Shown in pieces: positions 26,280-40,561 of a stretch of 64,000 nucleotides of DNA. The stretch covers positions 28,272,001 through 28,336,000 of the forward strand of contig NC_043000.1 of assembly GCF_006345805.1 (NCBI RefSeq), read 5' to 3'. The position numbers were made by a program, and so were the translations under genes. Under the pieces are notes generated by a model. The model saw only the letters and a list, made by a program, of their open reading frames with translations, did not search any database and was not told the DNA's origin. Source of the DNA: Octopus sinensis. Its lineage: Eukaryota. Each line of letters opens with the position of its first letter. The stretch's first letter is position 1.

Positions 26280-26471
26280 CTTATTAGACTACGACCATGT
26301 TGGGGCGCCACTTTAAAGTTTTCGATTCGAGGGAATGGTCCCCACTATTTTCTTTTTCTTTTTTAAACCTGGAGCCTGTTCTATCAGTCTCTTTTGCTGA
26401 AATGCTAGAATACGGGGATGCATTCACACTAACGCTGGTTCTCAAGTAGTAGTGGAGGACAAAGACAGAAA

Positions 26472-26545
<74 letters not shown>

Positions 26546-26688
26546 TTTATATGCATATATATGTATGTATATATATATGTATATATATATATATGTGTGT
26601 GTGTGTGTATATATATATATGCATATATATAGGTATGTTTGTAATTATACATATATATATATATATTTATATATATATAAGTATGTAT

Positions 26689-26757
<69 letters not shown>

Positions 26758-26920
26758 GGCGTGCTTCTTTCAGTTTCAGTCTATCAAATCCACTCACAAA
26801 ACTTTCGTCGGCCTGACTGTGTAATAGACGACACCAGTCAAGATTCCACGCAGTAGGACTGAACCTGCTGCCGAATATTTGGGAAGTAGACGTCTTACCA
26901 CACAACCACACCTGCGCCTG
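26280..26920 (-). mobile_element. SINE family B with expanded internal microsatellite
   Basis: Head at 26880-26920 in reverse, ~290 bp of (TA)/(GA) inside, and a degenerate tail at ~26280-26460. Confidence 0.75.
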
Positions 26921-27341
26921 AATACAGATACAAAGGTCTTAGGGGTTTGCTACTGTTTTACTCATCGTTGAAGTGATATATCATTTTGGCCATCAATTAC
27001 AGGAGAAAATTATACATAGTAGGACTAAATCTTAAGAACACTGAATGGTTAATATCACTCAAATTTGCATTGTTGCGTGCTTTTTTCTTCTTTTTTTTGT
27101 GTTCTCTTTTCGAAAATCTCCATTAGACTTCAATTTTCATTATCTCTCAATTTGTAAAAACCTAAAATCCAAAATCATAGGAATCCGATTATTTCATAAT
27201 ATACATATATATATCACGAGGGGCCATACGATGCTGAATTGAAAAGAACATAAATAGTTTATAACACAATAACTATATATAATATTTATGAAAACCGGTA
27301 TGTACTCCGTGGAGCGTATACACACTTCATGCTGTTGTCTC

Positions 27342-27386
<45 letters not shown>

Positions 27387-28199
27387 AAACATATAATCGA
27401 GCTGAATATATTTTTATCAATAATGGTTTCCAATTCTCTGATGTAGACCAAATAATAACAGTGATTCACACAAGGGAAGACATTACAGTGTACGCAAGTT
27501 TTCTTCATCTTAGAATTGGAGAGAATTCTCTCCGCTCGATTTTTACTTTCAGCTGACGGTAATTTGTTCTGAAGTCTGGCTATAATAGCATAAACAGAAT
27601 AATACTTTAAGTTAGTCAAAGGTGTTGTACTCTGAGTTCATATATCAACGAGACTAGTAATTTGTTTGTCAAAACTTATTCTGCGGTAAGTACATTAAGT
27701 ACGGAATGACGTGTTTATGTCTGTGAGATTATTAGTTTCAATAAATATTAAAAACTAACATACGGGGACGCACAGACACGTACAAAAGGAGACAGTCACA
27801 TACAGATATACACACAGACATATGTATGTAATACACACAGAGAGATAGAGATACACAATAATATAGTCTTTTCGTATTCGCTATGGTTTCTCTATATTTG
27901 AAAACGAAAATCTCTGGATAAAATTTAGGTAGCATGTATCAACTTACATACATACGAGTTATATAAATCACAGTATGTACGAAAGTCGACGGGCTTCAAG
28001 AAAGGAATTACATCAAAGGTCTAGGGTAGTGTGACTCGATAGAAATAAGAATTAAAGGGTTGTTTAAATGTGTTGAAGGGTTCTTTAAACGAGAGGGAAC
28101 AACCAATGAGAAGGGTTGTTTAAATGTGAACAATATTGTGATACGAAAAGAGTAAAAAGCGACAATACATAAAGAAAGGGAAAGGAGGTCCTAGTGTGA

Positions 28200-28330
28200 A
28201 GGCGTAGGAGTGGCTGTGTGGTAAGTAGCTTGCTTACGAACCACATGGTTCCGGTTCAGTCCCACTGCGTGGCACCTTGGGCAGGTGTCTTCTACTATAG
28301 CCTCAGGCCGACCAAAGCTTTGTGAGTGGA
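28200..28330 (+). mobile_element. SINE family B 5' fragment
   Basis: ggcgtaggagtggctgtgtggtaagtagc..ccgaccaaagctttgtgagtgg. Confidence 0.85.
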
Positions 28331-28434
28331 TGTATCGTCCATTCTCTTCAAACATTGCACTCCCTTCTTGCTCCAGTACATACTAAACAAATACTTATCA
28401 AACTATTTCTGTATCTAATCATCAATCTGTCCAT

Positions 28435-28528
<94 letters not shown>

Positions 28529-28591
28529 GTCTGTCTGTCTGTATGTATGTCTGTCTGTCTGTCTGTCTATCTATCTCTTTGTCTACTTACC

Positions 28592-29300
28592 AACCGGATC
28601 ATCCTTGCGATTTCGGCTGATTATCTTACGATTCTATTTCTATCAACCCTTTCACGCTTATTCTTTCATTTCACTCTTCGTTCTTTCGTTCCCCCTCACT
28701 CACATTTCTTTGCTTTCTCTTTCCCTCCACTTTTCACTTCACTACGTCCCTGTCATTTTTCTCAACCACTCCTTCTCTCCATCTGCTTCTACAACTCTCC
28801 CTCTTCTCTTCCTCGTCCTTAATTCTTTTGTTCCTCTGCTTCTATTTTTCTCTCTTTTCTCTTCCCACGTGACCGATCAGTCTACTGCTCGCTCTCTCCG
28901 GGCCTGACCGTCGTCCGTGCAACATCGATATTCTTGCCTGCGTCTGTGAAAATTTTGTATCTCTGCCGTAAGGCTTCATTTCCACACGCGCCAGCTTAAT
29001 TCAATTCGTCCTCAGTCGAAAGACACCTCTTGTTATGTCCTGTTATTATTTTTATTATTTTATTGTTTTTATATTCGTATTTATTGTATTCATATTTATG
29101 TAATATTGTCTGTTTTTCCGTCCTTGTTTTTGTATGCTTTTGATGCATTCTGCCAAGGAGTCTAATGCTCTTAGCTTAGTTTTTCCTTGGAGGTGGCCAG
29201 ATTGGAACAATCTCAAGATTAATCAGCCGAAATTGCGAGGATGATACGGTTCTTGACTGAGGATAGAAAGCTTCGAATGACCTGTCCTTGTTTTTTTTTT
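28592..29300. mobile_element. Unclassified element with 36-37 bp inverted arms (possibly Penelope-like)
   Basis: 28592-28627 and 29215-29251 are reverse complements with 3 mismatches and 1 indel; flanked by (TCTA)n and (TA)n. The class is inference. Confidence 0.45.
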
Positions 29301-29835
29301 GTATCGTCTATCTGGATGCTTTGTTGTCCCTTTTTGTGTCACCTAGTTGTCCGAATATTTTGCGTTTTTGTCTCTCTCTCTATATATATATATATATTTA
29401 TATATATATGTATGTATGTATTTATGTATTCGAACCTACGCTCTTCAGCAGAAAGGAATAAGAGAAAATAAACAGAGAGAATGAAAAAAGCTTGTAGATT
29501 TTTTCATCCAAATCATCCAAACAAACATGATTTTTAATGAACTAATATTTTCATTGAACTTTTTGTCCAATATTTTGTTAGATATTTCCTTGTAAACTGT
29601 TTTTAGCATTTTCTTATTATTATGAAAGAGTGTATATATGTATTTTAATACTTTTGTGACAACCAGTACTTAACGCAACAAAGCTTATACAAAGCTTTAC
29701 ATTTTACTTTTGACAATCTTTTTCTAAAAAAGTGAAACCGGTCAACTGAATAAAGATCTTTAAAATTGCATTTTCAAACCTTCTTTCATATATATTTTCA
29801 CTCAGGCGGTACCTTACAACTTCACTTAGTTATAT

Positions 29836-29919
<84 letters not shown>

Positions 29920-30060
29920 AAAAAAGGAGTAAATAATTTTTCCGTGGTTTTTTAGACAACCAACAATTATTTACCGGTAAATTTCGGTATGTAAATATGA
30001 CTTTTAGCGTCAGGAACTTCTGTAGACGTCAGTATATATAGTAATTATATTTACTATGTA

Positions 30061-30236
<176 letters not shown>

Positions 30237-30509
30237 TAATGTATGTATGTATATATAATTAATATACACAGCAGTTTGCAATGTTTCACCAAAAAGGAGA
30301 ATTACAAACGTCACTAAATGTGACTAAGGTGCTAATTTCTGTTGCTTCGTCAATTAAGACTGCCCATCCGTTCGCCTCTTTTTACTACGATTATAAAAAT
30401 CATATATAGAATAGGACAATATAGGACACAACATTACACACAAAATGTCAAATGAGTTCGTCTAAATATTCTATGGTTTTATATAATTCGCAACTATCCA
30501 TTCTTCCTC

Positions 30510-31300
30510 CATCAATAATCAAGCTGGCTTCCTGACACCCTCCTTTTTCGTCACTTCCCTCCATCTTTCCTCATACACGCTCCGCGGCAGGGTCCACTTC
30601 TCCAGCTCCATCTTGTTCTTCAGATGGTCTCTGAAGTAGGTCACCTATCCGTAGCCAGAGACTATAGACCTTGTCACGATTCCTTCCATTCCCGTACGCC
30701 ACACACATTCTTTCAATACTGCAACCGTGCAGTGAAAGCATGCCTCATCTTCCTTCGAGAGTTCAGTTGGCGGTACCATCTTAATCATAGATCCAGCCGA
30801 CAGCTGTACTCGTCCCAGATGTGACAACACATGTTCTATGTAACTTGTAACTTATCAAGCTTGGCAGCTCCCGACAATGTACAAAAGCGTACTTGAGGGT
30901 TTCGCCGTCCAGCGCGCATCTTGGACATGTCTGTGGCACTGACATTCCGTGCCTCGATAACTTATCGCAAACAGGTAAAGCATTCCTATAACACTTCCAG
31001 GTCAGGGGTATTTGGTGATTATCCAAATACTACGGCTTGGAAGTCCTTTTAAACAGGTTGGTAAACTGGTTCTCATCGAACCCCAGAGCCCCTCCTAAGC
31101 CGTAATAATTTTTATCCTCTACCAGCACTTTATAGAATACCGAGGTGGTATTCGCGTTGCCGGCCTTGCCCGTCTTGTGGATCAGCGTGAGTGACTGTCG
31201 GCACTCTTTTTGCCATAAAGCCAGGTTAAGTCTTTTAATGAATCCGGGTTTTAATCTCTCCATAGAGGCCGGTCGGCGACCGTCTGTCCCTATCTGGACT
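30510..31300 (-). pseudogene. L1/Tx1-clade LINE ORF2 C-terminal fragment
   Basis: zf-RVT-like LTWKCYRNALPVCDKLSRHGMSVPQTCPRCALDGETLKYAFVHC, followed by AVLKECVWRTGMEG and a YEERWREV-type end. Confidence 0.75.
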
Positions 31301-31711
31301 TGCTTCGTTATTGATATTTATGTTTTCATCGTTCAAATAATTAGATGATTTGGTGATTCGCTAATGTGCATGTATAAAATTAATATAGACAGGAGTTTGC
31401 AATGCTTCGCAACAAAGGAAAATTACAAACTTCACTAAATGTGACTAGGGTGTTAGGAAACATACATTGCAAGAAATAAGAGCTAAACTGCTCTAATACA
31501 GTACTTAACGCACACGAATGAAGACATACACTAACAGGGGCCATAATCGTCCGAAATTGCCTTCGTCTTTTGTTTATTTTCATAAAGCTTCCCGTTATAT
31601 ATATATATACCCACACACATACGTGTACATACACGCACCACGCACGCACACACACACATACATATATGCATATATATATACATATATATATATAATCTAT
31701 ATATATACACA

Positions 31712-31742
<31 letters not shown>

Positions 31743-31781
31743 TACATATATGCATATATATATACATATATATATATAATC

Positions 31782-31841
<60 letters not shown>

Positions 31842-32183
31842 GTCTATGTATCTATTTATGCATCCGGGAATGTAATTTCGATTATCTACATATATCAGTG
31901 AGATGCTCATAATAATTAAACACACATTGCTAAAACATTCCAGATGCCCAATATGGCCGACCAACAACTTTTGTTCCATTGCAGGTTTTATTGCATATAT
32001 ATCGTGGGTATTGCTACGACTTTCAAACGAAGCAGCCCATAAAACTAGACATTATATTATTTTATTACAGATTCTGACTATTTCCATGTTTGGAAAATGC
32101 CATGTACAAATAAACACATGGAATTTATGTGAATGGTTATATTGGTAGAGACATCCACCATGCAGGCATGCGCAAATTATCTG

Positions 32184-32253
<70 letters not shown>

Positions 32254-32269
32254 GTTCGTGTGTGTGTAG

Positions 32270-32385
32270 AGGCGCAGGAGTGGTTCCGGGTTCAGTCCTA
32301 CTATGTGGTACCTTCGGCAAGTATCTTCTGCTATAGTCTCGAGTGAAACAAAGTGGATTTGGTAGAGGGAAACAGAAACAAACCC

Positions 32386-32418
<33 letters not shown>

Positions 32419-32429
32419 GTGTGTGTGTG

Positions 32430-32475
<46 letters not shown>

Positions 32476-33110
32476 TGTGTGTGTTTGTGTATGTGTGTGT
32501 ATATGTGTATGTGTATATATATATATATATTTGCGTGTGTGTGTCTCTGCTTCTCCCCTCCACCATCACTTGACAACTGATGTTGGTGTATTTAGAGTCT
32601 CTATAACTTAACGGTTGGGCAAAAGAGCCCGATAGAATAAGTACTAGGCCTACAAAGAATAAGTACTAGGGTCGATTTGTTCGACTAAAAGGCAGTGCAC
32701 CAGCACGGCCGCAGTCAAATGACTGAAACAAATAAAAAATAGAATATAGATATGTGGTCCAGTCCCACTGCGTGGCACCTTCGGAAAGTATCTTCTACTA
32801 TAGCCTGAGGCCAACCCAAACTTTGTGAATGGATTTGGTAGACGGAAACTGAAAGAAGCCCGTCGTATATATGTATATCCATATGTATGTGTGTGTATAT
32901 ATTTGTGTGTCTGTGTTTGTCCCCTGAACATCGCTTGACAACCGATGGTGATGTGTTTACGTCCCCGTAAATTAGCGGTTCAGCAAAAGAGACCGATAAA
33001 AAAGTACTAGGCTTCCAAAGAATAAGTCCTGGAGACAATTTGCTCGACTAAAGGCGGTGCTCCAGTCAAATGACTGAAACAAGTAAAAGAGTAAAAGAGA
33101 GTAAAGTGTA
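32270..33110 (+). mobile_element. Two tandem SINE family B copies (32270-32735, 32755-33110)
   Basis: Two bodies and two tails (aaaggcagtgcaccagcacggccgcagtc and aaaggcggtgctccagtcaaatgactgaaacaagtaaaagag). Confidence 0.85.
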
Positions 33111-33124
33111 TCACTATCATCATC

Positions 33125-33149
33125 ACCATTAATATTATTATTATTATTC

Positions 33150-33208
<59 letters not shown>

Positions 33209-33209
33209 T

Positions 33210-33260
<51 letters not shown>

Positions 33261-33265
33261 CACTG
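33125..33265. repeat. (ATT)n(ACT)n microsatellite
   Basis: Direct reading. Confidence 0.95.
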
Positions 33266-33349
33266 ATTTAGCAACAAGGTCAGCAATTTGGTAGAGAACG
33301 GGAAAATCGCTAGTGGGTAGCGATTTTCTTCACTACATCAGCTGACTCC

Positions 33350-33700
33350 GGTTGACAGTACCCTGTATGGGCCCCTAACCAGTGTTACGGAAATGAGACA
33401 ACCTTCAAAGAAATCCGGAGTGGAGCCCCTTAGGTGGTTTAGTGTTCGACTCGACACTCTTCCGACAGCTCCTGCAACCAAGCTGGTGCCAAACGTAATG
33501 CTGTGCACTCCTTTGGACTACGTCAGCAGGGTCGAGAGAGGAATCCTGACGATTGGGCTACCCAGGATTTTCTTACATCTAGCCCAGGCCCGCGCAAAAC
33601 TGGAGAGGACATGAAATGTAAAAACCAGACGGCATCAGTTTATGCGCAACTCTATTGTCTCCCGAGACAAAAGGGTGCCAACAACAACAACAACACAAAT
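33350..33700 (+). mobile_element. Probable internally deleted RTE-related element (5' UTR-like part fused to a 3' tail)
   Basis: The tail ttatgcgcaactctattgtctcccgagacaaaagggtgcc(aac)n also occurs in reverse at 50970-51050. The 5' part cagctcctgcaaccaagctggtgccaaacg resembles RTE 5' UTRs as I recall them. Confidence 0.5.
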
Positions 33701-33974
33701 AGAGAATGTAAAAGGTTACTGAACTTGTAGACTTCTTAAAGCCAAAGATTTCTATTGAAAAAGCATTTAATGGACCAGTAAAGTGACATTATGTCGTCAG
33801 ATATAATTATATATCTGAAATTTTCATATTTTTAATTGCTATTTACATTACATTTCATTAACAGTAATTTCCAATTGTCATGCCTACGTGCCGATCAATA
33901 CGACTAATTTGAAAAATATTTAATCTGTTTCTTGCAACACTTGCTAAACAAATAAGTGATTTTTCTAGTGGGAA

Positions 33975-34290
33975 GTTGCGTGTCTTACTGGTTAGGGTAT
34001 TCGGTTCATGATCATAAAGTCGTGAGTTCGATTCCTTGCAGTGCATTGCGTCCTTGAGCAAGACGCTTTATTTCACATTTCTCCAGTTCACTCAGCTGTT
34101 AAGAATGTGTTGTACCTGTAACTCCAAGGGCCAGTCTTGTCAGATTCTGCGTCGAGCTGAATCTCCCTGAGATCTACGTTAATGTTACATGTGTCTACGG
34201 AGTACTCAGTCAGTTGCACGTTAATTTCACGAGGATCGATCAACAGTAGCACTCGCCGTCGCAACCAACGGAGAACCAGTTTCAATTGTT
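33975..34290 (+). mobile_element. SINE family D (tail shared with family C)
   Basis: gtgagttcgattcc B box, tccttgagcaagacgctttatttcac body, and tail gcacgttaatttcacgag..gcaaccaacggag as in the copy at 24302. Confidence 0.7.
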
Positions 34291-34562
34291 ATAGTGTGAA
34301 GATGAAAGACGTTTTGGAAATCACCTCTGATTACCTACTTCGAAAACATGTCAAGGATATTTTTGAGTGTATCGATTGGACTGTCCAAGTGAGGAATACT
34401 TACAGATTTGTCTGATTAGAACTTGAGGGATCGTCAGAAAATAATCATTTTATTCCAATTGAAGTTTACCTCAAGCATAAGTTTTAAACACTGCCTTCTG
34501 CACGGTTGTAAATGTGTCAGTATAACTACTGTTCTCTGTATTATAGTTGTATGGTTATGTAA

Positions 34563-34793
34563 GGCGGCGAGCTGGCAGACACGTTAGCACGCCAGGCGAA
34601 ATGCGTAGCCGTATTTCGTCTGTCGTTACGTTCTGAGTTCAAATTCCGCCGAGGTCGACTTTGCCTTTCATCGTTTCGGGGTCTTTAAATAAGGTACCAG
34701 TTTCGCACTGGGGTCGATGTAATTGACTTAATCCGTTTGTCTGTCCTTGTTTGTCCCCTCTATGTTTAGCCCCTTGTGGACAGTAACGAAATA
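34563..34793 (+). mobile_element. SINE family A, full length with 17-bp TSD
   Basis: tatagttgtatggttat occurs at 34542-34558 and 34794-34810. Confidence 0.92.
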
Positions 34794-35519
34794 TATAGTT
34801 GTATGGTTATCATAAAGACTATCAGAGGTTGTAGGTTTATGTTTTTGTTAATGAATTCGAAGGTTTTAACAATGTGTTTGGAAGGTCTAGTACTGCATGT
34901 GTATGAGAATGGACTGAAAATTCCATAGACTGTCTATGAAGAAGTGATGTTGGAGCCGTGAAATTTTGCACGCATTAATTTCAGTCTGTCTTCTTAATAA
35001 CTGCATCGTTTGTTTCCAGGTAATCTGACGCCTGGCTATTCAAAGAAGACGTCAATTGTTACTAATATCTTGTTTGTATGTTAATACTGATGATCGTAAA
35101 GTAAAATTGAAAGTACGCCACATGAAAGGATATTTCAATGGTTCTATTCATTAAAGCTGATGGAATCTAACATAAGAGTATTTACATCACTTTATATTAT
35201 TGACTAAGAGTTGGAACTTAAAGAGAAATGCAAGATGGTATTATTTGCAGAGTATTGTCTGTGTGTAGTATTTATACCGACAAACTTATTGGTGTACAGA
35301 CAGGAATGGTGATGACAATTTATCCACGATGTAGACTACAGTCGGAATAAGACGACTGGACGCAGCTATTTGGACGCTGATAGTATGGCACGGCTGGCTG
35401 GACATTTAGTCTGTTTTGAAGGCAGCCCTTTTTTTGGCAATGTAGGCAAACACGCACGCAGGCACGCATGCACAACGCTGTGCACAGTATACACATAGAG
35501 ATATAGAGGGGAAACGGTT

Positions 35520-35650
35520 TTTAATGTTGGCACAAAGCCAGCAATTTCAGGGAGGGTATAAATAGATTGCATCAGCCCCAGTATTCAACTGGTAGTTATC
35601 TTATCGACTCTGAAAGGATGTAAAGCAAAGTCGATCTCGGCGGAATTTTG
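35520..35650 (-). mobile_element. SINE family A (A2) fragment
   Basis: ttggcacaaagccagcaatttc..gaaaggatgtaaagcaaagtcgatctcggcggaatt. Confidence 0.7.
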
Positions 35651-36339
35651 AGCAAAGCGGTCGTATAATTTACTTTAGCCGTTTCTGATAATACATTAAT
35701 ATGAGATCATTTTATAACATTTTATAACAAGATTGAAAGCCCGTGGCCAGGCCGGTAGCGTTTTGGAATTATGATCTTTAGGTCGTGCGAGAGAACATGG
35801 CAGCCTTTAAAACGTCTGATGTCGAATAAATCAACGTGGACTTAGCGGCGCCATATAGGCGGCTCCAAAACTGATGTACCAAAACGTCTCATTCCATACT
35901 GTGGCTGCAGAGCCAGCGTGTCAGAAAGAATCAGATAGAACACATTAGAGTCGGTCAGGTTCAAGTTAGAAGAAACCTCTCAAGAGGCCTCAGTGACAAA
36001 TACAATAGAAGGCTCGGAAGATTTCAACGGTAACATATAACTTATGGCGATTTTCTCCAAAGTGAGAGAACAACAGCGCATATTTTAGAAAATTATGGAT
36101 GGCTCAATGTAAATAAATCTATCCACACTATTCTAAGAATAACTAATATACTGGTTTAGACACCTTTCAAAGTTATTTCAACAGGTTTTCTACAGAAATT
36201 AATTACAGACAGCACTGAAAGAAGTGGAACATAGTATTGACTTTAATATATTTGGTAGTGTATTCTAACTTCATAACGAAATACAGTGTTCCTTTTAGCA
36301 ATTACCTGGTTCACACTGTCTGCTACAACAATCCAACTA

Positions 36340-36871
36340 TTGGGTTATCCGGAAAGTTCGTGCCGATTTTTAAAGGAAAGAAAAAGGTCAATAAATACTT
36401 GCCATTACATTTTTAATCAACCAAATATGAACCATTTTGTTGCACAATTCTTCCCAGAATTGAGGTGGTTTCATGGCAAAGAATTCATCCAGGTATCTTT
36501 TTAGGTCATCCAAGGAATTGAAATTTTTACCATTAAGACTATTCTACAAAGACCTGAATAAGTGGAAATCCGAAGGAGCAATATCTGGTGAATATGGAAG
36601 GTGGGGTAACACATCCCAACCGAGTTGCAGCAATTTTTGTCTGGTTCCCAAAGCAGCAAGTGCCGAAAATGAACTTTCTTATCTTCCATTTTAGAGGGTT
36701 ACAGAATTAACACTGGTTAAAGGAACATAAACCTTCTTCCACGAAAAGATAGTTTAAACTGTGCTCTAAACGGAAGTGTAGTCAAATCCTATTTTATGGA
36801 CTCAACCATGTTCTAAAATAAGTCGAAAGGTAAGCTGCTATAAATCGACATGAACTTTCCGGATAACCCAA
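36340..36871 (-). mobile_element. Internally deleted mariner (D,D34D-type) element with TIRs and TA duplication
   Basis: TIRs ttgggttatccggaaagttcgtgccgattt / aaatcgacatgaactttccggataacccaa (2 mismatches), with TA on both sides. The minus strand reads LGWDVLPHLPYSPDIAPSDFHLFRSL*NSLNGKNF. Confidence 0.92.
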
Positions 36872-37294
36872 TATATTAACATTCCGAATAATATTATATT
36901 CCTCGTGTACCTTACCGAAAAATCTCTATGTATTACTTCAAGAAACATTATAGTAAGGAGCGAATTATATTAGTGATATTTCTCTCTCAAGAGCAGACTG
37001 CCTATCGATGAATTTCCTCATAACTCTATAGTTAATAGATTCTAACGATAGATCTACAGCCCACTTTAAATCATCTATACACTTTTTTTAATACAATAAA
37101 CTGAAGAACCTATGCGTTTCCTTGGATATATTACCCATTGGTTGTATATATATATATATATATATTCTTATTAACACATATATAACATACAAACACACAC
37201 ACACATGTATGTATATATATATATATATGTATGTATATATGTACACATGTATTAAAATATACTTACATATGTATACATATATATATATAATATG

Positions 37295-37410
<116 letters not shown>

Positions 37411-37741
37411 ATATGTTAGAAGATTGGGAGATGATGTACAGGTATATTATATTAGAAGAATGAGGTACTCAGAAATTCGGATGGTTTTAAATTTTTACAG
37501 ATATTTATTTTTTATGTTACATATTTTTATACGCCATATATCATATATTATATATATCAGCGCTTTCGTCCATTCTAGTGGAGTCTTCAAATTGAACTCG
37601 GTCGGGTTCAAGTATATATATATATATACAAACACAATCGCACACACATATACACACGTGTGTGTCTGTGTGTGTATCACTGTTCAGGATTGCGAAACTG
37701 TATACATAAATAGATTGACTATTATCATAGTCTTATGCATA

Positions 37742-37772
<31 letters not shown>

Positions 37773-37816
37773 CACACACATACATACATACATACATACA
37801 TACATACATACATACA

Positions 37817-37850
<34 letters not shown>

Positions 37851-38857
37851 CATACATACATACATAGGTATGAAAGATACAGATAGTAAGAGATGGCGGG
37901 ACTGAGAGATATAAAACTCTAGACAGAACTAGGATAAAATAAGCGAAAATAAAGATATTTAATGGATGACAACTTATAACTGACCCATAATCTAAAAGAT
38001 AGGAGAATATGATATTTTAAATATAAAAAAGAAATACCATAGAATGTAAGATATTTGTCTTCCTGACATTTATAAACTATTTATAAAAACAAATAATTTT
38101 ATATGAAGAATTGTTCCAATATTCTACCAATAGACATAATAATATTTCTCATAATTCCAACACAATAAATGTCATATATCAACAACGGCTAACAAAATGG
38201 TCTGTATGTAGTCGCTCGTGATACTAGAAATAGTAGCTAAATTGCTAAATTGCCGTTAAATTACGCGTTACTGTGTTGTTAATAGGTAAGTTTGGTTAAT
38301 GAGATTGGAAGTAAATTTCTGTAAAAAAAGATGTGGTTTTGATGTTTGAAATATTCTTGGTTTTTATTGAAATTTTAAATGAAATCTATATAGTGTAATA
38401 ACATCTGAGATGCTATGCTCCACTCAGAAACTGTAGGAGTTTCACTGAGGTACTACATCTTCTAAATCCATCAAAAGGCTCGAAACTTTCTCGAAACATC
38501 AGCAAGCATCACAGAGTCACAGTCGTGTTGGTGATGTATGTTAGCAAGTTTCGTTATCTACACTTATAGTTGATACACTCAGACGCACGAAAACACTTTG
38601 CCACTTTTTCACCTCCAAACCCAACATCTACCAAACAATCAATCTCTCTGCGCAGATCGGATCACCCGATGACAGATTTATTGAAGCTACCCAACATATA
38701 TTCACATAGTACACAATCACTTCATTCTAACATATACACATGCATACACTATCATTAAAACATGTATATATACGTATGCATCTATGTATATATGCTTGTG
38801 CATGTGTATATACATCTATCTACCTAACTATTCCTAGATAGATAAATAGACAGACAT

Positions 38858-38925
<68 letters not shown>

Positions 38926-39114
38926 ACAGACAGACAGACTGGGAGATAGACAGTGAGATAGATAGACAGACAGACAGATAGATAAATAAATAGATGACCA
39001 GCAAGACCGATAGACATAGATAGATAGATAGATAGATATGTTTCTTTATTAGCCACACAGGGCTGCACACAGATAGATAGATAGATAGATAGATAGACAG
39101 ACAGACAAACAGAC

Positions 39115-39170
<56 letters not shown>

Positions 39171-39204
39171 TATACTATACATGCGTGTATATAAAATGTG
39201 ATAG

Positions 39205-39390
39205 CTTCAAATTTTGGCACAAGGCCAGCAAATTTGAATAAAAAGGGCCAAGCTCATTACATCGACGCCAGTCCTTCAGTAATACTTATTTTAACGACCC
39301 TGATTGGATAAAAAGCAAAGTCGACCTCGACGGAATTTGAACTCAGAACTTATGATTGGCGTTCTACTGATTCGGCCAGTTCACTGCCTT
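39205..39390 (-). mobile_element. SINE family A (A2) fragment
   Basis: ttggcacaaggccagc..aaagcaaagtcgacctcgacggaatttgaactcagaac. Confidence 0.75.
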
Positions 39391-40152
39391 TCTATGTATG
39401 CAATATAACGCAACGATATGACAAGATTGAAAGCGCGTGGCCGGGCCGCTAGTGTCTTGGAATTATGATCTTTAGGTCGTGGGTTCGACAATCGGACTTT
39501 GATGTGTTGTGTCCTAAAGCGAGTTATTGTATTTCACGTTTCCCCATTACACTGAGCTGCGACAGACTGGCGCCAGCCTAGGGTTGGTGAGTTGTAATTT
39601 AGGATATCGATACGCGAACACAGCACTTCGGGAACCCCTAATAGATCTCATCTCTTGAAAGTGAAGGCTTGAAGTAAATTTTAGAAGTATGACTTAAATT
39701 ATACAGGGATAAATCCTTTGAGACCTGGACCAAGCGCCTTACCCCGTTCGTCTCCTAAACCAGTTTCATCTCTTAAAACTCTACAGTCCTTTACACCCTT
39801 TTTAAACTTAATACCCGTTTAGCTCCCTTAACACAATTCGTCCTCTTTATTCGTTTTTTCCACCGTTAATCATTGCTTATCCTCTCAGAGTTTCTAGTTT
39901 CTTAGAATACCGTAGTTTCTTAATAAAAGAGAACAATATTTATGCAAAAGATAAGATCAAACTATATAATGTCACTGGCTTCTGTAAACTCCCGAGCGTC
40001 CTTACTTACCTACCACCACACATACGCATAAACACAGGCATATATATATATAATATATATACATATATAATATATATATATAATATTATATATATAATAT
40101 ATATATATATGTATGTATGTATGTATTATATATATATATATATATATGTATA

Positions 40153-40205
<53 letters not shown>

Positions 40206-40497
40206 ATATATATATATATTATATATATATAATATCATCTTATATGAATATATATATATGTATGTATGTACATTTATACATATGGCTACACACACAAGGA
40301 ATGCGTGTGTCTTGCGTATCTTTGTGATATTGATTAATTCTGAATATAGAATATTTATGTGACATAAGTGTATATATGTATATTCATAAATATGTATACA
40401 TAATTATAACAGCCATTTTGATATACGAATATATCTATGTATCTGTATTCACATACCGATACATACATACATAATACACACACACACACACATACTC

Positions 40498-40561
<64 letters not shown>

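Noticed and set aside
29960-30020. Minus-strand CUGACGC..GAAA-UUUACCGGUAAA-UA with a 14-nt palindrome
   Set aside because: A9 is replaced by C, and neither helix I nor helix II pairs.
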